Source: Kingella sp. (in: b-proteobacteria) (GTDB taxonomy: Bacteria; Pseudomonadota; Gammaproteobacteria; Burkholderiales; Neisseriaceae). Taken from it: a stretch of 64,000 nt of DNA. The first letter of the stretch is position 1, and the number at the start of each line of letters is the position of its first letter. A program made the position numbers and the translations under genes. Positions 20,115 through 28,939 of the stretch are shown here, one piece after another. Location: NCBI RefSeq assembly GCF_030527935.1, contig NZ_JAUMZV010000001.1:74006-138005 (forward strand), given 5' to 3'. The notes under the pieces were generated by a model. It worked only from the letters and a program-made list of their open reading frames with translations. It searched no databases and had not been told where the DNA came from.

Positions 20115-20147
20115 AAGATGCCTATGAGAATAGTGAATACAGGTTCT
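20086..20147. mobile_element. MITE right-half fragment overlapping the 3' end of pglL
   Basis: GTAGCCGCGCTTTTAGGGCATAAAAGATGCCTATGAGAATAGTGAATACAGGTTCT matches the right half of the copies at 16172 and 40661. It supplies the last codons and the stop of pglL. Confidence 0.65.
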
Positions 20148-20233
20148 AAGATTTTCAATCCCCTTAATTCATCAAAATCACAAATAAATTTGGGATAATC
20201 ATTATTTCCACCCCCGTTTTTAAGGAAACCATC

Positions 20234-20824
20234 ATGGCAAAAAGAAAGCCTGCAGCCTTGGTGTATCAACTGCATATCCGTTTAATGGATTCGCAGCCTG
20301 ATATTTGGCGCAGACTATTAGTGCCCGCCCATTTTGATTTGCAAGATTTGCACTACGTTATCCAAAACGCTTTTGAATGGAATCACGAACATTTATTCCA
20401 ATTCTGCCAAAACGCTCCTTGGGGATATGCCATATATCCCCCCAAGGATGAAGATGGGCTAATTGTTGAACCCGATGACAACGGCGAATACCCACCCGCC
20501 CCGCCATTAAGCGAAGTGTTAAAAGTGGGCGAAAGCCTGTTTTATGTTTACGATTTTGGCGGCAATTGGGAGCACGAAATCTATTGCGAAGCCCTGATGG
20601 TTAAGCCACCCAAAACGCGCCTGCCTTGTTGTATTGATGGCGCAAACCAAGCCGCATTTGAAAATTGCGGCGGCGTGTATGGCTATGCCCACATCCTAGA
20701 AATATTGTCCAACCGCGATAATTCCGACTATAAAGAAGCATTAGCCGAGCTCACTGAGTATTACACCAAGCGGATTTTAAAATACGACCCCACCGCCTTT
20801 GACCCGAAAAAAGTAAAACTTTAA
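20234..20824 (+). CDS. pRiA4b ORF-3-like (PF07929-like) protein, first gene of the candidate defence operon
   Basis: 196 aa. LVYQLHIRLMDSQPDIWRRLLVP...LHYVIQNAFEW resembles the PF07929 N-terminal signature. AAGGA ribosome-binding site. Only a 13-nt gap separates it from the next gene. Confidence 0.55.
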   Translation: MAKRKPAALVYQLHIRLMDSQPDIWRRLLVPAHFDLQDLHYVIQNAFEWNHEHLFQFCQNAPWGYAIYPPKDEDGLIVEPDDNGEYPPAPPLSEVLKVGESLFYVYDFGGNWEHEIYCEALMVKPPKTRLPCCIDGANQAAFENCGGVYGYAHILEILSNRDNSDYKEALAELTEYYTKRILKYDPTAFDPKKVKL

Positions 20825-20837
20825 CTGCTGCCCAACC

Positions 20838-21626
20838 ATGCACCGCCTTTTTCCCTACCTTGAAAAAATCCATCGTGGCAAACCCATTAATTATCCCGTT
20901 TTTGCCAAGCTCTGCCGCCAAGAAAAAGTGTTCGGCTTAGACAAAATATTCAAAGCTGAACACGAAAGCGGGCAGCGGTATCGGGTGCAAATTCTCGATG
21001 ACAACCAGTTCAACGAACTGCTGCTGCGTTTTGCCGACAGCGGCAGCCGTGTGGCGGCGGCGCAGGCGGGCGACAGCCATCGGGAAAACACGGGCGCGTC
21101 GTATCTGCTGCGGCGTTCTGCGCCCTTGTGGCAGCCTGAATTGGTGTGGCTGCCCGCAGACGGGGCAACGCCTGCTGCGGCGGCTCGGTCGGCGGTGGTG
21201 TTGGAAAATCTGGAAAATTTTTATCATTTGGACAAAATGTCTGCGCTGCTACGCCGATGGCAGCCTGAAAACGATTTTACGGCGGCAGACTGGCTGTTTG
21301 GCGCGGGCAACCAAATCAGCAATGCGCTGAACCGCGCGTATCTGGTGCAGTATGGCGCGATGTATTGCCTGTTTGACTGGGACATCGGCGGTTTGCAGAT
21401 TTTCCGCAACCTGCAAACCATGCTGCCCCAAACCGCCGTGCGTTTTGTTTTGCCGCCCGAGCCTGCGGAATATTTAATGAAGTCAAACCGTCTGCTTAAT
21501 ACGCAGCAGCGCAGTAAGCTGGCGGACTTGGGCGGAATGTCGCCTGAAACCGACCGCCTGATTGCGGCAATGCGACGCACGGGCAGGAGTTTGGAGCAGG
21601 AAATTTATTTGATTGAGGAGCCATAA
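20838..21626 (+). CDS. short Toprim-domain protein related to DUF2220 of JetD/MksG
   Basis: 262 aa. The Toprim glutamate sits in VVLENLENF and the DxD motif in CLFDWDIGGLQIF. The protein is about 130 aa shorter than a typical JetD. Confidence 0.55.
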   Translation: MHRLFPYLEKIHRGKPINYPVFAKLCRQEKVFGLDKIFKAEHESGQRYRVQILDDNQFNELLLRFADSGSRVAAAQAGDSHRENTGASYLLRRSAPLWQPELVWLPADGATPAAAARSAVVLENLENFYHLDKMSALLRRWQPENDFTAADWLFGAGNQISNALNRAYLVQYGAMYCLFDWDIGGLQIFRNLQTMLPQTAVRFVLPPEPAEYLMKSNRLLNTQQRSKLADLGGMSPETDRLIAAMRRTGRSLEQEIYLIEEP

Positions 21627-24547
21627 TGCAAACTTTATTTGAGTATTTTTCCGAGCGTTTTGTGTTGAAAAAACTGGTGTTTGTAAACAGCGCGGGGCAT
21701 TGTTTTACCGAGATTGACATCGACCGCCATCTGGCGGTGTTCGGGCAGAACAACAAGGGCAAAACTTCAATACTCAACGCGCTGAAACTGTTTCTGCTGC
21801 CCGAGGAAAACCTGAAAGACTGCAAAAATAAGTTTGCTTTCCGCGATTCCAAAGGCGGTTTTTACAGCGGCGGCGAGAGCCACCGCCATTATTTTCCCGA
21901 CGATTTTTCCTTTATCGTGCTGGAAGCCGCAAACCGCCACGGCGTGTTTTGCCAAATCCTGTATCGCAACAAAAACGAGCATGGCTACGGGCGTGTGCTG
22001 CTGGCACAACCGTTTGATGAAATAAGATATTTGTTTTGGAACACGCAAAGCAGCCTGAATGACGGCTTGGGCGAAAAAGCCGCCGATGCTTCGCTGAAAA
22101 CGATGTTGGACACGCTGAAAAAACTGGGCGGCGAGACGGTGGCGGACAAAAAAGACATCCGCCAAAAGCTGTTTAACGAGGGCGAATACAGCATCGAGGA
22201 AGGTCAGTTTTGCATTTTGCCGTTTGCAGGCGGCGGAAACGAGCGCGAAATCAAAGCATTCCGCAATCTGTTCCAGCTTGCCTACGACATTGGTGCGAAT
22301 GAAAAACGCACGCTGCCCGATGCGGCGGCTGCGGTGTTGGAGGGCGAAAAACAACGGGCAAACGAGCGTTTGGACAGCGATTTGCAGGACATTTTGTCCG
22401 AAGAAAAAGAATTAATTGCCGAACGCGATTATTTGCAAGATTGTGCCAACCAGCAGGCAAACTGGCACAGCCTATACCAATTACGCGAGAGTACGCAGCG
22501 GCAGGCATTGGCAGCGGCGCAGGGTTATACCGATTTTGCGGCGGCACTGTTGCAGGCGCAGCAGAATGCGGGCGGCGAAATGCGGCAGTTGCAGGCGCGC
22601 AAGCAAACGCTGTTGGAAGCGAAAACCGCCGCCGAAAACCGCAAAGGCAGCCTGAAAACGGAAAAAGACAAACAGTCGGGCATATTGGGTGAGCGGGAAC
22701 AGCATTATCAAAAAGCCAAAGAAACGGTAAACCGTGCCACCGCCGTGTGCGAGCGTTATCCCAATTGGACGCTGGACAAAATCAAAGAAACGCTGGATGC
22801 GGAAAAACGCCGTTTGCAGCAGCAATCCGAAAGCCTGCAAAGCATAGAAACCGCGCGGCGGGATTTTCAGGCTGCCTTACAACGGCGCAAGCAGGCGGAA
22901 ACGGATATCAAAAAGATTGAAAACCAGCTGGCGCAAAACCGCGACTGCCTGCCCGATTTTCTGCCCGATGCGCACAGCCGCAATGTGTTGGGCAGCCTGA
23001 ACGCCAATTTCAACACCTTGTCGGTGCAGCCCGATGCCGAAGCAAAACAGCGTATTAGCGAGTTTGCCGCGCTGTTTGCCGAGCAAAACGGCGGGCTGGC
23101 TTTTTTGGGCGAAACCATGCCGAAAACGCCGTTTCAGGTTTACAACAAAGCGCAACAGCAGGAATTGCTGCAACAGAATTTGAGTGAAGCAAAGCAGCGT
23201 TACGAAACCGCCAACCAAAAAATGGACACTTTATCCGCCGCGCTTTCGGGCAGCCCTGAAAATCTGGCTGCTGAACAAAAAGCCTGCCAGCGCGAACTGG
23301 CGCGGGTGGAAGACGAACTCAAACTCATCATGCTGTGGGACAGCAATCAGGCGCAATGCGAAGATACATGTCGTCTGAAAGACGAAACGGCGGCACGTTT
23401 GGAAGAATTATCGCTGCAATACGACAGCGCGGCGCAGGCGGCGGATACTGCCAAACAAGAGTTTGACGAGCATTTGGCGTTGCTGTACGAAGTGGAAGAG
23501 CGGCACAAAAACCATCGGCGGCTGCAAGAGCGGCTGAACGCCTGCCAACAGCAGCGCGGCAGCGAATTGGGCGGATTGTCTGCTACTTTGCTGCCCGAGC
23601 CGTGCCAAGCGGCAGAAGGCAGCCTGAAAGCGGTGGAAACCGCGTTTGCCGAGTGGCGCAGGCTGCAAACCGAGCGCGATGCGCTGTTGCAGCAGATGCT
23701 GAAATCGGGCGTGTTGCGCGATGGGCAGTTTGTTGATTTTTCGTATAAAACCGAGTTCGTGCCTGATGAGTTTGACAACTGCTACACCGCCCTGCAAACC
23801 CTGTACAACAATCTGGAATCCGAGCAGCGCAATTTTGACCACCGTCTTGCCGCCCACACCAAACACGCGCTGATTCGTGTGCAGGAATTGGAAGATGCCG
23901 CCAAGCAAATCCGCGAATTTGAACGCGAAATCAATCAGGAATTTTGTAACCACCGCATTTCCGATTTGGAAGAAATCCGCGTCTCTTTCAGGCTGCATCC
24001 GAATTTTGAACAGCTTTTAAACAAGCTGGGCAATATTGACCGCGTTTCGGGCAATGGTTTGGACAAAAATTTCTACGAGCTTATCCGCCAGTTTACCCAA
24101 GCGTTTTTTGACAATAACAGCGGCCGCAGCACGCTGGATATGGCGGGCATTATTCAGGAGGTCGGCTACACCTGCCGCAAAAAGGGCGAAGACAAGGCCA
24201 CCTCCACCAGCCAATCCACCGGCACCAACACCATGATTAACTGCCTGCTGTTTTCCACCCTGCTCAACCGCCTGATGCGCCGTTCCACCGCGCTGACCAT
24301 GCCGCTGGTGTTGGACGAAATGGACAAATTGGACGGCGAAAACCTATCCGAGTTTGTCAAAATTGCCGAAAAGCATCATTTTGCCGTATTCGGCACCTGC
24401 CCCGATCTCACGCCCAAAGTGATGGCGGCGGTGAGCAATTATCTGAATTTGGAATATTTTTCCGCCGAATACCCCTACAACGCCCGCAACACCATTCTCT
24501 ACCACAGCGGCGCGGAACGGTTGATAACTGACGGAGACGCGCCATGA
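21626..24547 (+). CDS. SMC-like ABC ATPase of the MukB/MksB/JetC type
   Basis: 973 aa. Walker A GQNNKGKTSILNALKLFLLPE matches the MukB-head pattern NxxG..GxNGxGKS..ALIPD. About 650 aa of coiled-coil-like sequence follow. The C-terminus has STSQSTGTNTM followed by Walker B LVLDEMDKLD, which parallels MukB LSTGEAIGTGM...LLFLDEA. GAGGAG ribosome-binding site. It overlaps the upstream gene by 1 nt. Confidence 0.7.
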   Translation: MQTLFEYFSERFVLKKLVFVNSAGHCFTEIDIDRHLAVFGQNNKGKTSILNALKLFLLPEENLKDCKNKFAFRDSKGGFYSGGESHRHYFPDDFSFIVLEAANRHGVFCQILYRNKNEHGYGRVLLAQPFDEIRYLFWNTQSSLNDGLGEKAADASLKTMLDTLKKLGGETVADKKDIRQKLFNEGEYSIEEGQFCILPFAGGGNEREIKAFRNLFQLAYDIGANEKRTLPDAAAAVLEGEKQRANERLDSDLQDILSEEKELIAERDYLQDCANQQANWHSLYQLRESTQRQALAAAQGYTDFAAALLQAQQNAGGEMRQLQARKQTLLEAKTAAENRKGSLKTEKDKQSGILGEREQHYQKAKETVNRATAVCERYPNWTLDKIKETLDAEKRRLQQQSESLQSIETARRDFQAALQRRKQAETDIKKIENQLAQNRDCLPDFLPDAHSRNVLGSLNANFNTLSVQPDAEAKQRISEFAALFAEQNGGLAFLGETMPKTPFQVYNKAQQQELLQQNLSEAKQRYETANQKMDTLSAALSGSPENLAAEQKACQRELARVEDELKLIMLWDSNQAQCEDTCRLKDETAARLEELSLQYDSAAQAADTAKQEFDEHLALLYEVEERHKNHRRLQERLNACQQQRGSELGGLSATLLPEPCQAAEGSLKAVETAFAEWRRLQTERDALLQQMLKSGVLRDGQFVDFSYKTEFVPDEFDNCYTALQTLYNNLESEQRNFDHRLAAHTKHALIRVQELEDAAKQIREFEREINQEFCNHRISDLEEIRVSFRLHPNFEQLLNKLGNIDRVSGNGLDKNFYELIRQFTQAFFDNNSGRSTLDMAGIIQEVGYTCRKKGEDKATSTSQSTGTNTMINCLLFSTLLNRLMRRSTALTMPLVLDEMDKLDGENLSEFVKIAEKHHFAVFGTCPDLTPKVMAAVSNYLNLEYFSAEYPYNARNTILYHSGAERLITDGDAP

Positions 24548-25917
24548 AAGTAAACGCCGATGCCGTGCTGCTGATGCTGATTCAGCGCAAAGCGTTCTTT
24601 TTCAGGCTGCTGGACGAAATGGACAAGCACCACGACACCCTGCCGCTGCCGTTTTACAAACAAGCGTTTTTCCACGAGTTGAACCAGATTTCAGACGGCC
24701 TCGAACGCGAAAAATTCCAAAACGCGATGCAGCCTGAAAACCTGTATGACGCGGGTTTGCTGGTGAGTTTGGACCATCACGCAGGCAGCCTGAAATGGCA
24801 GGGCTTCGTCAGCGAAATGTTCCGCCACCTTGACCGCGCCCGCCTGCGCCGCCTGACCGACCCCGAGCTGCAACAGTTCCGCGAGCGCATTTTTTCGCTG
24901 GCAGACAAATTGTCCGCATTGGAAAACCAAGTCGGCAGCGCGCAATGGAACGACACCGTGCGCCCTGCTTTTGACACGCTGCACGAAATCCACGCCCGCA
25001 TCCGCGAAAACACCGAATCGCTGCGCCACCGCGCCGAACACCTTGCCGAAATCGTGGACGGCAGCGACCTTGCCGATGCCGCCGACAGCGAAAAAAGCCG
25101 CGCCGCGCTCGATGAAATCGGCAGCATCTACCGCCGCAGCATCCTGCCGTTGTTAGAATTTCTCAACCAAGACGAAGACATCAAAGACGGCAAAACCCCA
25201 ATGGGCGGCATCGATGCTATTGCCGATTTGTTTTCGCGTACCGGTCAGCACGCCCACGCCCGCCGCGTGCTGCTGGTTAAAAACGGCATCCGCAGCTTCT
25301 ATAAAGACATCTACCGCATCAGGCAGGATATGGAACGCTATGTGCGCCAAAGCGAAACCATGCGCCGCCAGTACGATGCCGTCGAAACCTTGTACAACCG
25401 CCTGCGCCAAGCCGTTGGAACGCTGCAAGACGGCAGACTGCGTGGCAGCAAAATCTCGTTTCAGGCTGCCTTGTCGCACCCCTTTCCCCATTTTGTCCTG
25501 CACAAACCCCATTACGACAAACCCATCAACTGGCAGCAGGGCAGCGAAGCGGCGCGGTTTGCCGAACACCTGCGCGTGCAGCTTGACCGCACCGAGCCGC
25601 CCCAAACCAATATCCGCGTAGCAAGGCAGCCTGAAAACAGCATACAGGCATTAAAACAGCGGCAGCACGAAAGCCGTCTGAAACAGCTTGTCCGCCAATA
25701 CCGCGTGCCCGTTTCAGACGACCTGCACCGCAGCCTGCACGATTATCTGCAACACCGCCTGCCCGACTACACCTTGGCCGATTTGTCCAACGCATTAAGC
25801 TGGCTGCGCATCCTACACCACGTCCGCCCCGTGCCCGTATTTGGGCTGAAAAGCCTACATCACCGCCACCAAACCCTGCACTACCACGCACTCAGCAACG
25901 AGGTCAGACATGATTGA
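24544..25917 (+). CDS. candidate kleisin-like partner (JetA/MksF-sized) of the SMC ATPase
   Basis: 457 aa. The start overlaps the upstream stop (ATGA). The protein is helical and Arg-rich. I base the assignment on size and position only. Confidence 0.35.
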   Translation: MKVNADAVLLMLIQRKAFFFRLLDEMDKHHDTLPLPFYKQAFFHELNQISDGLEREKFQNAMQPENLYDAGLLVSLDHHAGSLKWQGFVSEMFRHLDRARLRRLTDPELQQFRERIFSLADKLSALENQVGSAQWNDTVRPAFDTLHEIHARIRENTESLRHRAEHLAEIVDGSDLADAADSEKSRAALDEIGSIYRRSILPLLEFLNQDEDIKDGKTPMGGIDAIADLFSRTGQHAHARRVLLVKNGIRSFYKDIYRIRQDMERYVRQSETMRRQYDAVETLYNRLRQAVGTLQDGRLRGSKISFQAALSHPFPHFVLHKPHYDKPINWQQGSEAARFAEHLRVQLDRTEPPQTNIRVARQPENSIQALKQRQHESRLKQLVRQYRVPVSDDLHRSLHDYLQHRLPDYTLADLSNALSWLRILHHVRPVPVFGLKSLHHRHQTLHYHALSNEVRHD

Positions 25918-26482
25918 TACCAAACGCAGCCAACAAATCTACGACATCCTTATCAACGGCAAAATCCTCAACCGCCGCCGCTACGACCCGATACGCAACA
26001 GTTTTGCCGAAGACGAACTGTTCCAAGAACTCTCGTCCCAATATGAAAGCGAAAACGGCTACCGTGCCCTGTATCAGCGCATCGGCTGCGAACTCGTGCT
26101 GCGCCCCGACTACGCCTACCTCAAAGAACACAGCGCAGAAGACGACAAAAGCAGCCAAACCGCCACCGCCATCCAAGCCCTGCTCACCGTAATGGCGAAA
26201 ACCGCCCTGTCGCGCAATTACCGCTTTGAGCTGCTCACCGCCGCCGAAGCAGGATTCAGACGCGAACTGGCCGAAGCCGCCGACCAAGACCCCGAAATGC
26301 GCCGCATCCTCGCCGCCTGCCACTGCAACAACGCACCGCTGTGGAACGAAATCAACCGCCTGCTGCTGCGCCGCAATATCGTTTTTGAAAACGCACGCGG
26401 CAATTTTGTGCTGACCGATGCAGGGCGGGATTTTTTTGAAGAATTGTTTGCCCAAGCGGAAAATGCTGCGCCATTAGAATAA
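25910..26482 (+). CDS. candidate KITE-like partner (JetB/MksE-sized) of the SMC ATPase
   Basis: 190 aa, acidic, overlapping the upstream gene by 8 nt. I base the assignment on size and position only. Confidence 0.35.
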   Translation: MIDTKRSQQIYDILINGKILNRRRYDPIRNSFAEDELFQELSSQYESENGYRALYQRIGCELVLRPDYAYLKEHSAEDDKSSQTATAIQALLTVMAKTALSRNYRFELLTAAEAGFRRELAEAADQDPEMRRILAACHCNNAPLWNEINRLLLRRNIVFENARGNFVLTDAGRDFFEELFAQAENAAPLE

Positions 26483-26493
26483 ATCAACAATCA

Positions 26494-26545
26494 GCGAGTA
26501 GGGTGTGTGAGCTTGCTCACGCACCGTTTAGCAATGCTTCATAGT
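26494..26545. repeat. family-C repeat, truncated inverted copy at the right edge of the defence operon
   Basis: GAGTAGGGTGTGTGAGCTTGCTCACGCACCGTTTAGCAATGC. Confidence 0.5.
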
Positions 26546-26584
26546 GCGCGACTCATACCGTTTTATTTTTAAGAAAGAAAACCC

Positions 26585-26920
26585 ATGAACCTTACCCTCG
26601 AACAAGCCCAACAGCGCATCAACGAAATCCAAACTCTCTACCGCCAATGGCTGCAACTTTTGCCACAGCTTGAAGCCGCGCAACAGCAATGGCAGCAGGC
26701 GGCGCAGATTATGGCAGAGCTGGACAAGTTTTATGCCACCGAATATATGGAATACATGGATGCTGTGGCAGATGGTTTGCCCGTGTCGCTGCGCACCGAA
26801 GGCGAATACAGCGTGTTGAGCGAAGACGCGCTGTTTGACGCGTTCGCCGACTACACCCGCCTTGCGTGGCAGCAGCTGCGCGATGCCACCGCCGCGCTTG
26901 ACCCTGAAAACCGCGTGTAA
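26585..26920 (+). CDS. hypothetical protein (possibly DUF4298-like)
   Basis: 111 aa, helical, with a good AAGAAAG ribosome-binding-site context. I did not verify the family. Confidence 0.4.
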   Translation: MNLTLEQAQQRINEIQTLYRQWLQLLPQLEAAQQQWQQAAQIMAELDKFYATEYMEYMDAVADGLPVSLRTEGEYSVLSEDALFDAFADYTRLAWQQLRDATAALDPENRV

Positions 26921-27063
26921 GGCAGCCTGAAACCGTACAAACCGCACAGCCAAACGAAACAACAAAGCAAAAACAACACCATCATACAATCCCATTTCAG
27001 GCAGCCTGAAAACTATGCGATAATCCGCCCCCATTCCAAACCTATTCAACAAGAGACACAATC

Positions 27064-28167
27064 ATGGCAGAAAAAAAATCCGACAAAAACACCGATAAAC
27101 CAGTTGACAAAGCCACCGCGCTCAAAGCCGCCCTTGCCCAAATTGAAAAAAGTTTCGGCAAAGGCGCGATTATGAAAATGGACGGCAGCACCCCGCAAGA
27201 AGAGCTGCAAGTCATCTCCACAGGCTCGCTGGGACTTGACCTTGCCCTAGGCGTAGGCGGCTTGCCACGCGGGCGCATCGTAGAAATTTTTGGCCCAGAA
27301 TCATCAGGCAAAACCACGCTTTGCCTAGAAACCATCGCCCAATGCCAAAAAATGGGCGGTGTGTGCGCCTTTATTGATGCCGAAAACGCCTTTGACCCCG
27401 TTTACGCCCGCAAACTCGGCGTAAAAGTGGAAGATTTGATGGTGTCACAGCCCGACACGGGCGAACAAGGGCTAGAAATCTGCGATATGCTGGTGCGTTC
27501 AGGCGGCGTGGACATGGTGGTGATTGACTCCGTTGCCGCGCTGGTACCCGAAGCTGAAATTGAGGGCGACATGGGCGACAGCCACGTTGGCTTGCAAGCC
27601 CGCCTGATGAGCCAAGCCCTGCGCAAGCTCACAGGACACATCAAAAAAACCAACACGCTGGTGGTGTTCATCAACCAACTCCGCATGAAAATTGGCGTGA
27701 TGTTTGGCAACCCTGAAACCACCACAGGCGGCAACGCGCTGAAATTCTATTCATCTGTGCGCATAGACATTCGCGGCACAACGCAAATCAAACCCGCAGG
27801 CAAAGACAAAGATAAAGACGAAATGCCCATCGGCAAAGAAACCAAAGTGAAAGTGGTGAAAAACAAAGTTGCGCCACCTTTCCGCACCGCCGAATTTGAC
27901 ATCCTTTACGGCGAGGGCATCAGCTGGGAGGGCGAATTGATTGATTTGGGCGACAAATACGGCATCATTGAAAAATCAGGCGCATGGTACAGTTACAACG
28001 GCAACAAAATCGGACAAGGCAAAGAAAACGTGCGCATCTGGTTGAAAGAAAACCCAGAAATCGCCAACGAAATCGCCGCTAAAATCCGCGCCGAAGGCTT
28101 GGTGAACCCCATCATCACCGAAGGCGTGTTGGATGAAACCGATGGCGAAATGCCTGACGAAGAATAA
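27064..28167 (+). CDS. recA: recombinase RecA
   Basis: 367 aa. Walker [10 protein letters not shown], the L1/L2 loops and the acidic C-terminus are present. Confidence 0.95.
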   Translation: MAEKKSDKNTDKPVDKATALKAALAQIEKSFGKGAIMKMDGSTPQEELQVISTGSLGLDLALGVGGLPRGRIVEIFGPESSGKTTLCLETIAQCQKMGGVCAFIDAENAFDPVYARKLGVKVEDLMVSQPDTGEQGLEICDMLVRSGGVDMVVIDSVAALVPEAEIEGDMGDSHVGLQARLMSQALRKLTGHIKKTNTLVVFINQLRMKIGVMFGNPETTTGGNALKFYSSVRIDIRGTTQIKPAGKDKDKDEMPIGKETKVKVVKNKVAPPFRTAEFDILYGEGISWEGELIDLGDKYGIIEKSGAWYSYNGNKIGQGKENVRIWLKENPEIANEIAAKIRAEGLVNPIITEGVLDETDGEMPDEE

Positions 28168-28193
28168 TCGGCAAAGTTAGATAGCTAGATAGG

Positions 28194-28262
28194 CAGCCTG
28201 AAAACAAGATAGTGCGTTTTAGCTACGCTGAAACTCACTTCGCTCGTTTTCAGGCTGCCTTG
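28194..28262. repeat. family-E DUS-associated repeat at the left junction of the prophage
   Basis: GGCAGCCTGAAAACAAGATAGTGCGTTTTAGCTACGCTGAAACTCACTTCGCTCGTTTTCAGGCTGCC. Confidence 0.5.
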
Positions 28263-28374
28263 TATATTTGAAGCTCCACAAGGGGCATCATATCTGACAG
28301 TATCTTAGGCAACAAGCCATTATACACCGCAAGGCTGATAGCCCCTTACTTAAACGAGTTAAGGGGCTTTTATC

Positions 28375-28674
28375 ATGTATGAAGACAGCGCAAGAAGATA
28401 CAGAAACAAAGACGATGCAAGAGTAGTTGAAATTGACTTGCAAATTATTGTTGATGAATATAGAAAAAAAGTGGAGTTGTTAGAAAAGCTAATAGCTAAA
28501 AATTCACACAACTTGACAGCATATTCAACATGGGGCTTAGAAAACGATATTTTATTAGTTATTCATCTACTTATTGACCAAAGCCTAGTGGATAACCACT
28601 ATTTCAAACAACTAGAAGCACTAAAAGACAAAGTATATGCCATTAAAGCCAAGCTAGCAGGAAACGAAAGGTAA
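28375..28674 (+). CDS. hypothetical prophage protein
   Basis: 99 aa, AT-rich, at the left end of the prophage. Confidence 0.35.
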   Translation: MYEDSARRYRNKDDARVVEIDLQIIVDEYRKKVELLEKLIAKNSHNLTAYSTWGLENDILLVIHLLIDQSLVDNHYFKQLEALKDKVYAIKAKLAGNER

Positions 28675-28678
28675 TGCT

Positions 28679-28939
28679 ATGAACATTGACCTATCCATCC
28701 AAATCAAACGCAACGCCGAAAACCAAAACTACCAGCTAAACATGCTGGTAATTAACCCAAGAAACACAGGCGTAATGGAAACCAATATTTGTCAAACACT
28801 CGCCGAAGTTTGCGAAAAAATCGCCCAATTTGAAGCCAAGCATCTAAACGTTTTTGAGCACGCGATTGAGTACGAAAAAACCGACTGGCGGCAACTTGCA
28901 AGGCAAAACCAACAAAATGCAAAGAGAGCAGCAAAATGA
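28679..28939 (+). CDS. hypothetical prophage protein
   Basis: 86 aa. Its end overlaps the Rep start (ATGA). Confidence 0.35.
   Translation: MNIDLSIQIKRNAENQNYQLNMLVINPRNTGVMETNICQTLAEVCEKIAQFEAKHLNVFEHAIEYEKTDWRQLARQNQQNAKRAAK

Larger units (their letters stand above)
20234..26482 (+). other. candidate non-canonical Wadjet/MksBEFG-like SMC defence operon of five genes in D-C-A-B order
   Basis: The operon is tightly coupled, with gaps or overlaps of 13, -1, -4 and -8 nt. The SMC-like and Toprim motifs are given above. It lies between pglL and recA and is bounded by a MITE fragment (20086-20147) and a family-C repeat fragment (26494-26545). Confidence 0.55.

Noticed and set aside
20838-21626. 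Calling the 262-aa Toprim protein a full-length JetD
   Set aside because: It is about 130 aa too short and lacks a recognisable N-terminal arm domain. I kept it as JetD-like, Toprim only.
28194-28262. Treating the family-E repeat at the prophage left junction as a proven attachment site
   Set aside because: This is one junction only and the right junction differs. It remains a hypothesis and is listed in the findings, not a feature.
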